A stretch of DNA of 64,000 bases from Acidobacteriota bacterium. Its GTDB lineage: Bacteria > Acidobacteriota > Blastocatellia > RBC074. A program made the position numbers and the translations under genes. This document shows, piece by piece, positions 19,161 through 28,493 of the stretch; positions within the stretch are counted from its first letter, which is position 1; each line of letters starts with the position of its first letter. The notes below the pieces were generated by a model, which was not told the origin of the DNA, did no database searches, and was given only the letters and a program-made list of their open reading frames with translations. The DNA lies in NCBI GenBank assembly GCA_031423495.1, contig JANPFP010000125.1, positions 19,865-83,864 on the forward strand. The letters run 5' to 3'.

Positions 19161-19592
19161 ATGAGAGGTAAGAGTATGAAAGTTTTTATTAGTTACGCTG
19201 ACACCGATCGTGAGGTGGCGCAGCGCGTGACGCAAAGCCTGAAAGCCGATGGCTTGTCGGTCTGGTCTGACGAAGACGAAGTTTTTCCGGGCGATAACTG
19301 GGCGGCGAAGGTAGCGCAGGGCGTGGAAGAAGCCGATGCGATTGTCGCTTTGCTGACGCCCGAATCGCTGCATTCACGTTCTGTGCGCTCAGACATCAAT
19401 TACGCGCTGGGCAAAAAAGCATTGAAGGACAAGCTCATTCCCGTGTGGTTGGGCGGAGAAGATTCCGCTCAACAAGAAAGTTTCCCGTGGATTTTGCGCC
19501 ACTTACCGATGATTCAACTGCTGGATAACGAACAGGATGAAGTCGGATTCAAACGTATTGCGGACGCGCTGCACGCGGCTCCTGCGCATTAA
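19161..19592 (+). CDS. TIR-domain-only protein 1
   Basis: 143 aa. MKVFISYADTDREVAQRV...LSVWSDEDEVFPGDNW...EADAIVALLTPESLHSRSVRSDINYAL is the canonical bacterial TIR/TIR-like (DUF1863) arrangement (FISY..D, conserved acidic W...D, alpha-C with S..W...E). Confidence 0.7.
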   Translation: MRGKSMKVFISYADTDREVAQRVTQSLKADGLSVWSDEDEVFPGDNWAAKVAQGVEEADAIVALLTPESLHSRSVRSDINYALGKKALKDKLIPVWLGGEDSAQQESFPWILRHLPMIQLLDNEQDEVGFKRIADALHAAPAH

Positions 19593-19623
19593 GCCATTGT
19601 TTTCACGCACGACGTGAGAGGCA

Positions 19624-20037
19624 GTGATGCTACCAACCGAATTGTTTCTCTCCCATTCCAGTCAGGATCAAGCCTTTGTCGATCCATTGGTTGCGGTGTT
19701 GCGTCGCCACGGCGTCCCGGTTTGGTATAGTCCCACGAATATCATCGGCGCGCAGCAATGGCACGATGAAATCGGTAAGGCGCTGAAACGATGCGATTGG
19801 TTTTGTGTGGTGCTTTCGCCGCAAGCCGTCGCCTCGACCTGGGTCAAACGCGAAACGGTTTACGCCTTGAACGACCGCCGTTATGACAATCGCATTGTCC
19901 CGCTGCTTTATCAGCCTTGCGCTCACGACAACCTTTCGTGGACGCTCAGTTCTCTGCAATTCGTAGACTTTTCGCAACAACTCGAAGACGGCTATCGCCA
20001 ACTTCTGCGCACTTGGGGGCTGGGTTATCAACTATAA
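19624..20037 (+). CDS. TIR-domain-only protein 2
   Basis: 137 aa. LFLSHSSQDQAFVDPLVAVLRRHGVPVWYSPTNIIGAQQWHDEIGKALKRCDWFCVVLSPQAVASTWVKRE... matches TIR_2 (FxSHSS.D...L...L...G..vw.d...i..G..w...I...l....vvlSp...S.W...E). Confidence 0.7.
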   Translation: MMLPTELFLSHSSQDQAFVDPLVAVLRRHGVPVWYSPTNIIGAQQWHDEIGKALKRCDWFCVVLSPQAVASTWVKRETVYALNDRRYDNRIVPLLYQPCAHDNLSWTLSSLQFVDFSQQLEDGYRQLLRTWGLGYQL

Positions 20038-20049
20038 ATCGGAGTCAAT

Positions 20050-20724
20050 ATGCCACGTAAAATCTCGCAAGGGCAGTGTCAATTCTGTAAGGAGTTCATA
20101 ACCAAAACGGCTGCCACGCGGCATCTGGCGAAATGCGAGGCTCGGCAAGCTGCTTTGGCTAAAGCAGAGAAGCAGTCTGTGCCCGAAGAGCCGTTGTTTT
20201 ATTTACGTGCGCAAGCCAATTACGCGCCGGAGTTCTGGCTTGATGTGGAAGTGAAAGGCAATGCGACGCTCGAATCGTTGGATGGATATTTACGTTCTAT
20301 CTGGTTGGAATGCTGCGGTCATCTGAGTCAATTCGGCGATTTCGGGGAAGATGAGTTGCCGATGACGATGAAAATCAGCCGCGCGTTGCCGGTGGGAGCC
20401 AGTTATTTACACCTTTATGATTTCGGTACGACCTCAGAAACTAATATCAAGTCGGTCTCATCGCGCGTCGGCAAGCCGCTCACGAAACATCCGATTACCT
20501 TGTTGTTTCGCAACGCGCCGCCCGAAGTGGAATGCATTGAATGCGGCGCGGCAGCGAAATGGTTTTGTCAGGAATGCCTGATCGAAGACGACTCGCCCGG
20601 CTTGCTGTGCGACCAGCACGTCGAAAATCATCCGCACGACGAGTATGGCGAACCGACGGAGTTGGTGAATTCGCCGCGCATGGGAATGTGCGGTTACGAC
20701 GGCCCCGCCGAACCACCTTACTGA
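20050..20724 (+). CDS. Cys/His-rich hypothetical protein (N-terminal C2HC finger, C-terminal zinc-ribbon-like cluster)
   Basis: 224 aa. C10-x2-C13-x11-H25-x3-C29. C-terminal CIEC-x8-CQEC-x10-C-x2-H-x3-H-x-H. The gene is 12 bp downstream of the second TIR gene. No recognised catalytic motif. Confidence 0.45.
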   Translation: MPRKISQGQCQFCKEFITKTAATRHLAKCEARQAALAKAEKQSVPEEPLFYLRAQANYAPEFWLDVEVKGNATLESLDGYLRSIWLECCGHLSQFGDFGEDELPMTMKISRALPVGASYLHLYDFGTTSETNIKSVSSRVGKPLTKHPITLLFRNAPPEVECIECGAAAKWFCQECLIEDDSPGLLCDQHVENHPHDEYGEPTELVNSPRMGMCGYDGPAEPPY

Positions 20725-20744
20725 TTTCAACCCAGGAGAATTTT

Positions 20745-22838
20745 ATGCCCTTCCTTCGCACGTATTTTCGCGCTGCTCTGGCAGTAATTTTGCTCGTCAC
20801 TTTCGCTTTTGCCCAAACGCAAATCGTGGGGCATTGGGAAGGTGCTATCGAAGTTCCCAACCTCGCACTCGGCATTCAAGTGGACGTTGACGGTAAGCTG
20901 AGCGCGACCATCACGATTCCAGCGCAAGGCGCAAAAGATTTGGCGTTGTCGAATGTGAACTTCGCGGCAGGTGAATTCACCTTTACCATTCCTGACGCGC
21001 CGGGCAATCCGCAATTCAAGGGTAAGCTCAATGCTGACGGTCAAAAGATCACGGGTACGTTCACGCAAGGCGGGCAGAGCTTTCCTTGCAACCTCACGCG
21101 CAAAGCCGAAGCAAAATCCGTAGACAATAATAAAGACCCGTTGGAAGGCTTTGAGGCCGTCGTCATTGAGGGCATGAAAAAACTCGAAGTCCCCGGCATG
21201 GCAATCGCCATCGTCAAAGGCAAAGAGGTGATTTGGGCAAAAGGCTTCGGCAAGCGTGACGTAGAAAAACAATTGCCCGTCACGCCCGACACGATCTTTG
21301 CCATCGGTTCAAGTACGAAGGCTTTCACGACCTTTACGCTCGGCACGCTGGTGGACGAAGGCAAAGTCGAATGGGACAAGCCGGTACGGAATTACCTGCC
21401 GTGGCTCAAGCTCTATGACCCCGCGATGACTGAACGCTTGAGCGTACGTGATTTGGTCACGCATCGTTCAGGGCTGCCGCGCCACGACTTGGTTTGGTAT
21501 GGCAATTACACTGCTTCGCGTGAATCCTTCGTGCGCAAGCTCGCCTTTCTTGAACCGAGCGCCGACCTGCGCGAGCGGTGGCAATACAACAATTTGATGT
21601 ATCTCACGGCGGGCTATCTCACTGAAGTTCTCACCGGCAAAACGTGGGAAGACGCCGTGCGCGCCCGCGTGTTTGAACCGCTGGGCATGAAGCGCAGCAA
21701 TTTCAGTATCAACGAATCGCAAAAGGACAACGACTTCGCGCAACCTTATGCCAAGCGCGGCGACGCGGTGGTCAAGATTCCGTTCCGCGACATCAGCAAC
21801 ATCGGCCCGGCGGGTTCGATCAATTCGAGCGTCAACGAAATGGCGCGCTGGGTGACGGCGCATCTCAACGGCGGCAAATATGGTGACCAACAAATCGCCT
21901 CTGCCGCGACGGTCAACGAAATGCACCTGCCGCAAATGGCTACGGGCGCGCCGGGCGATCATCCTGAAATTTCTTCGATGGATTACGGGTTGGGCTGGAT
22001 GATTGACACTTATCGCGGTCATCAGCGCGTACAGCACGGCGGCAACATTGACGGCTTCTCGGCGAATGTTGTGCTTTTCCCCAAAGATAAACTCGGCATC
22101 GTCGTGTTGACCAATCTCAACGGTTCGGCGTTGCGGGATTTGATTACGCGCGAAATGGCTGACCGCGTTTTCAAGCTGTCCAACGTGCCATGGATTGACG
22201 CGGCGGCAGCGAATCGCGCTACGCTCGAAGCCGCCTCAAAAGCCGGTGAAATGAAAAAAGAAGCCGCGCGCGTAGCGGGTACGCAACCCGCCCACAAGCT
22301 CTCAGATTACGTCGGCGACTATGAGCATCTCGGTTACGGCATCGTGAAAGTCGCCTTGAACGCGGGCAAACTCTCCGCGACGTTCAACACGATTGAGACG
22401 CCGCTGGAGCATTGGCATTACGAAACGTTTAATGGCGGCAAGGGCAAAGAAGTGACGTTTGAAAATATGAAATACACTTTTCAAACCGACGCGAAAGGTT
22501 TTGTCGCCAAGTTGGTGGGGGGCTTTGAACCGACCGTCAATGACATTGTGTTCGTCAAAAAGCCGGATGTGCGTTTGTTTGACGCAGCGCATCTGGCGCA
22601 CTTCGTCGGCACCTATGATTTGCTCGGGCAAGCCGTGACGGTGAGTTTGAAAGGGAATGTCTTGTTGATGCAAACCGGCAATCAACGACCAGCGGAATTG
22701 TCGCCCGGACTGGATGGCAGCTTCACGCCGAAAGTGGCGCGTTCGCAGAGTTTGTTTTTCGTGACCGACGCGAACGGCAAGGTGACGGCGGTTGAATTGC
22801 GGCAACCGAGTACTACGCTGACGGCGAAACGCAAATAA
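20745..22838 (+). CDS. Secreted serine hydrolase, class C beta-lactamase/PBP4-like family with C-terminal domain
   Basis: Start at MPFLRTYFRAALAVILL (signal peptide). SxxK motif AIGSSTKAFT, YxN-like and HxG regions. ~697 aa. Confidence 0.7.
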   Translation: MPFLRTYFRAALAVILLVTFAFAQTQIVGHWEGAIEVPNLALGIQVDVDGKLSATITIPAQGAKDLALSNVNFAAGEFTFTIPDAPGNPQFKGKLNADGQKITGTFTQGGQSFPCNLTRKAEAKSVDNNKDPLEGFEAVVIEGMKKLEVPGMAIAIVKGKEVIWAKGFGKRDVEKQLPVTPDTIFAIGSSTKAFTTFTLGTLVDEGKVEWDKPVRNYLPWLKLYDPAMTERLSVRDLVTHRSGLPRHDLVWYGNYTASRESFVRKLAFLEPSADLRERWQYNNLMYLTAGYLTEVLTGKTWEDAVRARVFEPLGMKRSNFSINESQKDNDFAQPYAKRGDAVVKIPFRDISNIGPAGSINSSVNEMARWVTAHLNGGKYGDQQIASAATVNEMHLPQMATGAPGDHPEISSMDYGLGWMIDTYRGHQRVQHGGNIDGFSANVVLFPKDKLGIVVLTNLNGSALRDLITREMADRVFKLSNVPWIDAAAANRATLEAASKAGEMKKEAARVAGTQPAHKLSDYVGDYEHLGYGIVKVALNAGKLSATFNTIETPLEHWHYETFNGGKGKEVTFENMKYTFQTDAKGFVAKLVGGFEPTVNDIVFVKKPDVRLFDAAHLAHFVGTYDLLGQAVTVSLKGNVLLMQTGNQRPAELSPGLDGSFTPKVARSQSLFFVTDANGKVTAVELRQPSTTLTAKRK

Positions 22839-23902
22839 TGACGCTCTTTGATTTTGCATTTGACGATCGCTTGGCTTATGCCGCGACGTTGCCTGCGCGG
22901 TTTTATCGCGGAGCCGAGACGCTGGCTGCCGAGCGCGAGCGCGTGTTTGCGGCCTCGTGGCAGTTGATGGGGCGAACCGATCAATTGCCTGAATCCGGCA
23001 GCTACTTCACGACCGAAATCGTAGGTGAGCCGCTGTTGATCGTGCGCGATCAGGCGGGCGAGATACGCGGCTTTTATAACGTATGCCGCCATCGAGCCGG
23101 TCGCGTAGCGGAAAGCACGGGTTGCCGGCCGACGTTTCGTTGCGGCTATCACGGTTGGACTTACGCGCTGGATGGCAGCTTGATTGGCGTGCCGGATTTC
23201 GCCGGCGTGCAAAATTTCGACAAGGTGGATTTCGCGCTCAAGCCGATTCGCGTCGCCGTGTGGGAACAGTTCATCTTTGTGAACTTGTCGAATAAGGCTG
23301 AAGACTTGTCAGTCTTTCTCGGTGACATTACCGCCAAGACGGCGCGGTTTAACGTCAGCCGGATGCAGTTGGTCGAGCGGCGCGATTACGTGATTGCGTG
23401 CAACTGGAAGGTTTACGTAGACAACTATCTCGAAGGCTATCACGTACCCGTAGCTCATCCGTCGTTGATGCGCGAACTTGATTACGTCAATTACCGCACG
23501 GTCACGCATCGCTACCATTCGTTGCAGGATGCGCCGCTCAAGCAAGACGCGCAGGTTTATTCGCCCGCCAGTGGTGGCGCAGAGGCGCTTTATTATTGGG
23601 TTTTTCCGAACCTGATGTTGAACGTTTATCCTGACAACTTGTCTACGAATTTGATCGTGCCGCTTGATGACGAACGCACGCTGACGGTCTTCGAATGGTA
23701 CTTTCACGATGCCGAGCCTGCGCGCGTGGTGCAAACCATCAAGTTCAGTGACGAAATTCAGCAGGAAGACATCACGCTTTGCGAAAACGTGCAGCGCGGG
23801 TTGCGTTCGCGTTCGTATGAGCGCGGACGGTATTCAGTGCGGCGCGAAAATGGCGTGCATCACTTTCACGGGCTGTGGCGCGAATTTATGACGAAAGCCT
23901 GA
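22838..23902 (+). CDS. Rieske [2Fe-2S] non-heme iron oxygenase alpha-subunit-like protein
   Basis: 354 aa. Rieske motif CRHRAG...CGYHGW. C-terminal catalytic domain with the E..H...H pattern (EGYHVPVAHP). Start overlaps the upstream stop (TAATG). Confidence 0.7.
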   Translation: MTLFDFAFDDRLAYAATLPARFYRGAETLAAERERVFAASWQLMGRTDQLPESGSYFTTEIVGEPLLIVRDQAGEIRGFYNVCRHRAGRVAESTGCRPTFRCGYHGWTYALDGSLIGVPDFAGVQNFDKVDFALKPIRVAVWEQFIFVNLSNKAEDLSVFLGDITAKTARFNVSRMQLVERRDYVIACNWKVYVDNYLEGYHVPVAHPSLMRELDYVNYRTVTHRYHSLQDAPLKQDAQVYSPASGGAEALYYWVFPNLMLNVYPDNLSTNLIVPLDDERTLTVFEWYFHDAEPARVVQTIKFSDEIQQEDITLCENVQRGLRSRSYERGRYSVRRENGVHHFHGLWREFMTKA

Positions 23903-23912
23903 GAGGCTTGCA

Positions 23913-24875
23913 ATGATTGACCACGACCGCATTTTCAAAGAGCTGATTCGCACCTTCTTTATCGAATTTATCGAGTTGTTTTTCCCTGAATTGCACGCCG
24001 ACCTCGAACCGGAGTCGCTGGAATTTCTCGACAAAGAGGTTTTCACCGATGTGACAGAAGGCGAGAAGCACGAAGCAGATTTGATTGTGAAGACGCGGTT
24101 GCGCGGGCAAGAGGCTTACTTCCTCATCCACATTGAGGCGCAAAGCTAGTGGCTTTCGGTCTTTCCGCGCCGGATGTTTACCTATTTCGCGCGCTTGCAC
24201 GAAAGCCATCAAGCACCAGTTTATCCGATTGTTGTGCTGACGGCTGAGAGTCCGTTGTATGCAGTGCCGAGTGAATACGTCGTGGCAGTTTCAGGCTGGA
24301 CGGTGTTGCAATTCAATTATCGCGTCGTGCAGTTGAACCGTTTGCCGTGGCGTGATTTCATCCGGCATGAGAATCCGCTGGCGAATGCGCTGATGGCGAA
24401 AATGCAAATGACACCGGAAGAGCGCAAGCAGGTCAAAGTCGAATGCCTGCGTTTGATTCTGACCTGCCAACTCGACCCGGCACGCATGCAAATGTTGGCG
24501 GGTTTCGTTGACACTTATTTGCGCTTGCCGCCGCAGGAAGAGCAATGGTTTGAAACCGAAGTGGCAAAATTTGATCCACCAAACAAGGAGAATGCTATGT
24601 ATCTCATGACAACCTGGGAAAGACTTGGAATGGAAAGAGGAATGGAAAAAGGCTTGCAACAAGGTGTTTCGCAAGAAGCGCAAACCTTCGTGTTGCGTCT
24701 GGCAGCGAAGCGGTTTGGTGTACCACTCGACAGCACGTTGGAAACGCGCATTCGACAACTTACAGTTCCGCGTCTTGAGGAATTGGGCGAGTCCCTCTTT
24801 GAGTTTCACGCGCTGATAGATTTAACCAATTGGTTAGAGCAGGCAGAAAACACTCCTCAAGCATTGTTGAATTAA
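23913..24875 (+). pseudogene. Rpn/YhgA-family (PD-(D/E)xK, Transposase_31/DUF4351) nuclease gene interrupted by in-frame TAG at 24147-24149
   Basis: N-part MIDHDRIFKELIRTFFIEFIELFFPELHADLEPESLEFLDKEVFTDV...EADLIVKTRL.GQEAYFLIHIEAQS, then TAG, then in-frame ...YFARLHESH.PVYPIVVL... The C-terminus has the DUF4351-like repeat (TWERLGMERGMEKG...). The two ORFs are in the same frame (261 nt apart). Confidence 0.6.
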
Positions 24876-24918
24876 CCGATTTCATTTCACCCAATTATCC
24901 CAAAACAGTTTCGTACTT

Positions 24919-26610
24919 ATGAGCAACATCAATCGTGACAGCTTGGAAGTAGACGTACTCTTTGTCGGCGCGGGTCCCGCTTCACTCGCGGGAGCCTTGC
25001 GCTTGCGGCAACTCATCAACGCCCACAACGAGAAATCCGATAACAAACTCGGAGAGATTCAAATCGCCGTCATCGAAAAAGGCCGCGAAGTCGGTTCGCA
25101 TATGATTTCAGGCGCGGTGATGGATCCGCGTCCGATGCAGGAATTGATGCCTGACTGGATTGAACGCGGCGCGCCGGTTGAATCGCTCGTCACCGAAGAA
25201 GACGTTTCCTATCTGTTCAAAAAGCGTAAGTTCAAGTTCCCGATCATTCCGCCGCCGCTCAAAAATCACGGCAAGTATGTCGTCAGTTTGAACAAGCTCA
25301 TTCGCTGGTTCGCGCCGCTGGTCGAAGCCGAAGACATTATGTTGTTGCCCGAATTCCCCGGCGCATCGTTGTTGTATGACGAAAGCGATAAGGTCATCGG
25401 CGTGCGCACGGGCGACAAGGGTATCGGCAAAGACGGCGAACCGAAACCGAACTTTGAGCCGGGCGCTGACATCTTCGCCAAGGTGACGGTGCTGGGCGAA
25501 GGCGCGCGCGGTTCATTGACCAAAAAGCATGTCGAGAAACTCGGACTCGAAGGCACGAATCCGCAGGTTTATGCGGTCGGTGTGAAAGAGATTTGGGAAT
25601 TGCCGAAAGGCCGCGTCAAGCCTGGTTTCGTGATGCATACGCTGGGGCATCCGCTGCCGGACGATGTGTTTGGCGGAGGCTTTGTTTATGGCATGCAAAA
25701 CGATTTGCTCGATGTTGGCTTAGTCGTGGGGCTTGATTACCACGATCCTTACACCGACCCGCATCGGTTGTTTAACGAGTTCAAACAGCACCCCGCGATT
25801 GCCGCGATGCTCGAAGGCGGGAAGATGCTGCATTACGGCGCAAAAACGATTCCCGAAGGCGGTTTGCTATCGCAGCCGAAATACTTTGGCGATGGTTTTT
25901 TGATCGTAGGCGACTCGGCCAGCTTCCTGAATTCGCAAAAGCTCAAGGGCATTCACCTGGCGATGAAATCAGGGATGCTCGCGGCGGAAACGATCTTTGA
26001 CGCCCTGCTGACCGAGCGATTCGACGCAGCCCAACTCAAATCATTCAAGACGAAAGTCGAGGCGAGTTACATTCAGCAAGAGTTGCATGAAGTGCGCAAC
26101 TTTCATCAGGCGTTTCGCAACGGGCGGTTGCTGGGCTTGCTCGAAAGCGGTTTTCAGGTTCCGACCAAAGGCTTTGGGTTGTTCGGCAACCTGCACGTAG
26201 ACGCGGGCCACGAACACATGCAAAAGCTGCATGTGTTGCAACGCTTGCCGAAAAAGGCGGGCGAGTTTTTGCAAGCCGAAGCGCCGAAATATGACAACCA
26301 GCTTACGTTTGAAAAAACGACGGACGTATATCGTTCAGGCACCGAACACGACGAAGATCAGCCTTCGCATTTGAAAGTACTAGACACGAATATCTGCGTC
26401 GAACGCTGTACGCACGAATATGGCAATCCTTGTCAGTACTTTTGTCCGGCGGCGGTTTACGAAGTCGTCGAATCAAACGGCGGACGCCAGCCGAAAATCA
26501 ATTTCTCAAACTGTGTGCATTGCAAGACCTGCGACATTATGGACCCGTATCAGATTATTGATTGGGTTACGCCGGAAGGTGGCGGCGGGCCGAATTACAT
26601 TAACCTGTAG
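24919..26610 (+). CDS. Electron-transfer flavoprotein:ubiquinone oxidoreductase (ETF-QO)
   Basis: 563 aa. N-terminal FAD motif VLFVGAGPASLAGA. C-terminal 4Fe-4S ferredoxin-like Cys cluster (C..C..C...CP...CVHCKTC). Confidence 0.8.
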   Translation: MSNINRDSLEVDVLFVGAGPASLAGALRLRQLINAHNEKSDNKLGEIQIAVIEKGREVGSHMISGAVMDPRPMQELMPDWIERGAPVESLVTEEDVSYLFKKRKFKFPIIPPPLKNHGKYVVSLNKLIRWFAPLVEAEDIMLLPEFPGASLLYDESDKVIGVRTGDKGIGKDGEPKPNFEPGADIFAKVTVLGEGARGSLTKKHVEKLGLEGTNPQVYAVGVKEIWELPKGRVKPGFVMHTLGHPLPDDVFGGGFVYGMQNDLLDVGLVVGLDYHDPYTDPHRLFNEFKQHPAIAAMLEGGKMLHYGAKTIPEGGLLSQPKYFGDGFLIVGDSASFLNSQKLKGIHLAMKSGMLAAETIFDALLTERFDAAQLKSFKTKVEASYIQQELHEVRNFHQAFRNGRLLGLLESGFQVPTKGFGLFGNLHVDAGHEHMQKLHVLQRLPKKAGEFLQAEAPKYDNQLTFEKTTDVYRSGTEHDEDQPSHLKVLDTNICVERCTHEYGNPCQYFCPAAVYEVVESNGGRQPKINFSNCVHCKTCDIMDPYQIIDWVTPEGGGGPNYINL

Positions 26611-26678
26611 TTACTGAGAGCACTTATAAACGGTTTAGTTTCAGGACGTGAAGCTATCGTTTCGCTCTGTGCTGTGCA

Positions 26679-27065
26679 ATGAAATTATGGCTCGGTATTT
26701 TGTTAGGCGGAGCGTGCGGCACTGGGTGTCGTTACGGATTGTCGCTGTTAATCAATAGCTGGTTGGGAGCGCGGGCTTTTCCGTGGGCGACGTTGGTGAT
26801 TAACGTGTCGGGCAGCTTTTTGATTGGGTTGATTGCGGAACTTTATCACGCGCAGGCTTTTACTTCCGTTACGTGGCGGCTGGCGTTAGTTACCGGCCTA
26901 CTGGGTGGTTACACGACTTTCTCAGCTTTCTCTCTCGAAAATTTGCAGTTATTACGCAATGGAGCTATCGGCAGCGCGTTGGCTTATGCCGTGGGCAGCG
27001 TAGTGTTAGGCGTCGGCGCGGCGTGGTTAGGAATGCGTGTCGTACACATATACGTGAATAGTTAG
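26679..27065 (+). CDS. crcB: Fluoride ion channel CrcB/FluC
   Basis: 128 aa. Four TM segments. Motif [12 protein letters not shown] (G..TTFS.F). Confidence 0.75.
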   Translation: MKLWLGILLGGACGTGCRYGLSLLINSWLGARAFPWATLVINVSGSFLIGLIAELYHAQAFTSVTWRLALVTGLLGGYTTFSAFSLENLQLLRNGAIGSALAYAVGSVVLGVGAAWLGMRVVHIYVNS

Positions 27066-27078
27066 AAGGAATAACTCA

Positions 27079-28275
27079 ATGGCTGAAAATACGATTCTAT
27101 GTATGTCGAGTTATGAAAAAGGGCAGGAATTTATCCGCGAGTGCAAGCGGCAAGGCTGGCATGTATTGATGCTGACCGACCAGAAGCTGGAACACGCGAA
27201 ATGGCCGCGCGAGAGTATTGACGAATTTTTTATGATGGCGGATTTAACGAATCGCGTCGAAGTTATGAACGCGGTTAGTTACTTGGCGCGGCAGCATCGT
27301 ATTGATCGCATCGTGGCGCTGGATGAATTCGACATAGAGATGGCGGCCTCGTTGCGCGAACATTTGCGCGTACCGGGCATGGGTGAAACCACGAGTCGGC
27401 ACTTCCGCGACAAGCTGGCGATGCGCAAGCAAGCGCACGAACACGGCGTACGCGTACCTGAATTCGAGGGCGTGATTAATTACGATAAGTTGCGTAGCTA
27501 TATGGCGCGCGTGCCGGGGCCGTGGGTGTTAAAGCCGCGCACCTCGGCTTCGGCCATTGGGATTAAGAAGGTGCGTCAGGCCGATGAGTTATGGCCGTTG
27601 CTGGATGCGTTGGGCGATGAGCAGACTAATCATTTGTTAGAGCGTTTTGTTCCCGGCGATGTTTATCACGTTGATTCCATTATCTCGGAAAAAGAAGTCG
27701 TCTTTGCTTCAGTCAATAAATATGGCGACACGCCGATGAACGTGGCGCACGGCGGCGGTATATTCACGACGCGCACCTTGCCGCGCGCGAGTCTGGAGGT
27801 CGAAGCGCTCGAATCAATCAACCGCGAAGTTATTCACGCGCTCAAGTTAGTGCGCGGAGTAACTCACGCAGAATTTATTCGCGCACAAGCGGATGGGCAT
27901 TTTTATTTTCTCGAAATTGCTGCGCGCGTCGGCGGCGCGAATATCGCTGAGATGGTCGAAGCCGCTACGGGATTAAACCTGTGGGCCGAGTGGGCGAAAA
28001 TCGAAACGTCTACGAAAAAGAAATCCTATCAACTCACACCGACGCGCAATGATTACGCGGGCATTATGATCTCGCTGGCAAAGCAGCAATGGCCTGACAC
28101 TTCAGCTTATAACGACGCCGAAATCGTTTGGCGGATGAATAAGGAATACCACGCAGGCTTGATCGTCGCGTCAGCTTCGCCTGAGCGCGTGAAAGAATTG
28201 GAAGATAGTTATACTGAACGGTTTTATCAGGACTTTTACGCGACGGCCCCCTTGCCGGATAAGCCGACGGCATAA
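27079..28275 (+). CDS. ATP-grasp domain protein (carboxylate-amine ligase family)
   Basis: 398 aa. ATP-grasp elements ([38 protein letters not shown]). 14 bp downstream of crcB. Confidence 0.6.
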   Translation: MAENTILCMSSYEKGQEFIRECKRQGWHVLMLTDQKLEHAKWPRESIDEFFMMADLTNRVEVMNAVSYLARQHRIDRIVALDEFDIEMAASLREHLRVPGMGETTSRHFRDKLAMRKQAHEHGVRVPEFEGVINYDKLRSYMARVPGPWVLKPRTSASAIGIKKVRQADELWPLLDALGDEQTNHLLERFVPGDVYHVDSIISEKEVVFASVNKYGDTPMNVAHGGGIFTTRTLPRASLEVEALESINREVIHALKLVRGVTHAEFIRAQADGHFYFLEIAARVGGANIAEMVEAATGLNLWAEWAKIETSTKKKSYQLTPTRNDYAGIMISLAKQQWPDTSAYNDAEIVWRMNKEYHAGLIVASASPERVKELEDSYTERFYQDFYATAPLPDKPTA

Positions 28276-28493
28276 CGCATTCATTCCTCTGTCGTAGCCC
28301 GATACTACGGATATTGTAGATTGGCCGATGAATGTGGCTATCGTTATTTTCAACCCATCGTTGGTCACGGCGAGATTGTCGGATGCGCGACAGGTCACTA
28401 TACTTACCGATCGATTAGTTAAGTAATTCGCGCGTCCGTCCATTCAAACAAAACAAACCTGTCCATCAACCCGTCCGTCATTGAGGAGAAACC

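Noticed and set aside
20541-20744. N-terminal 68-aa extension of the 765-aa serine-hydrolase ORF overlapping the Cys-rich gene
   Set aside because: Overlaps the upstream gene. A signal-peptide-bearing Met (MPFLRTYF...) at 20745 is the plausible start.
26611-26678. Possible fluoride riboswitch upstream of crcB
   Set aside because: Inspected for the conserved crcB-motif elements (GGnGATGG ... AAACCGCC ... CTGATGA..CCTAC) and none were found. crcB may be co-transcribed with ETF-QO or regulated otherwise.
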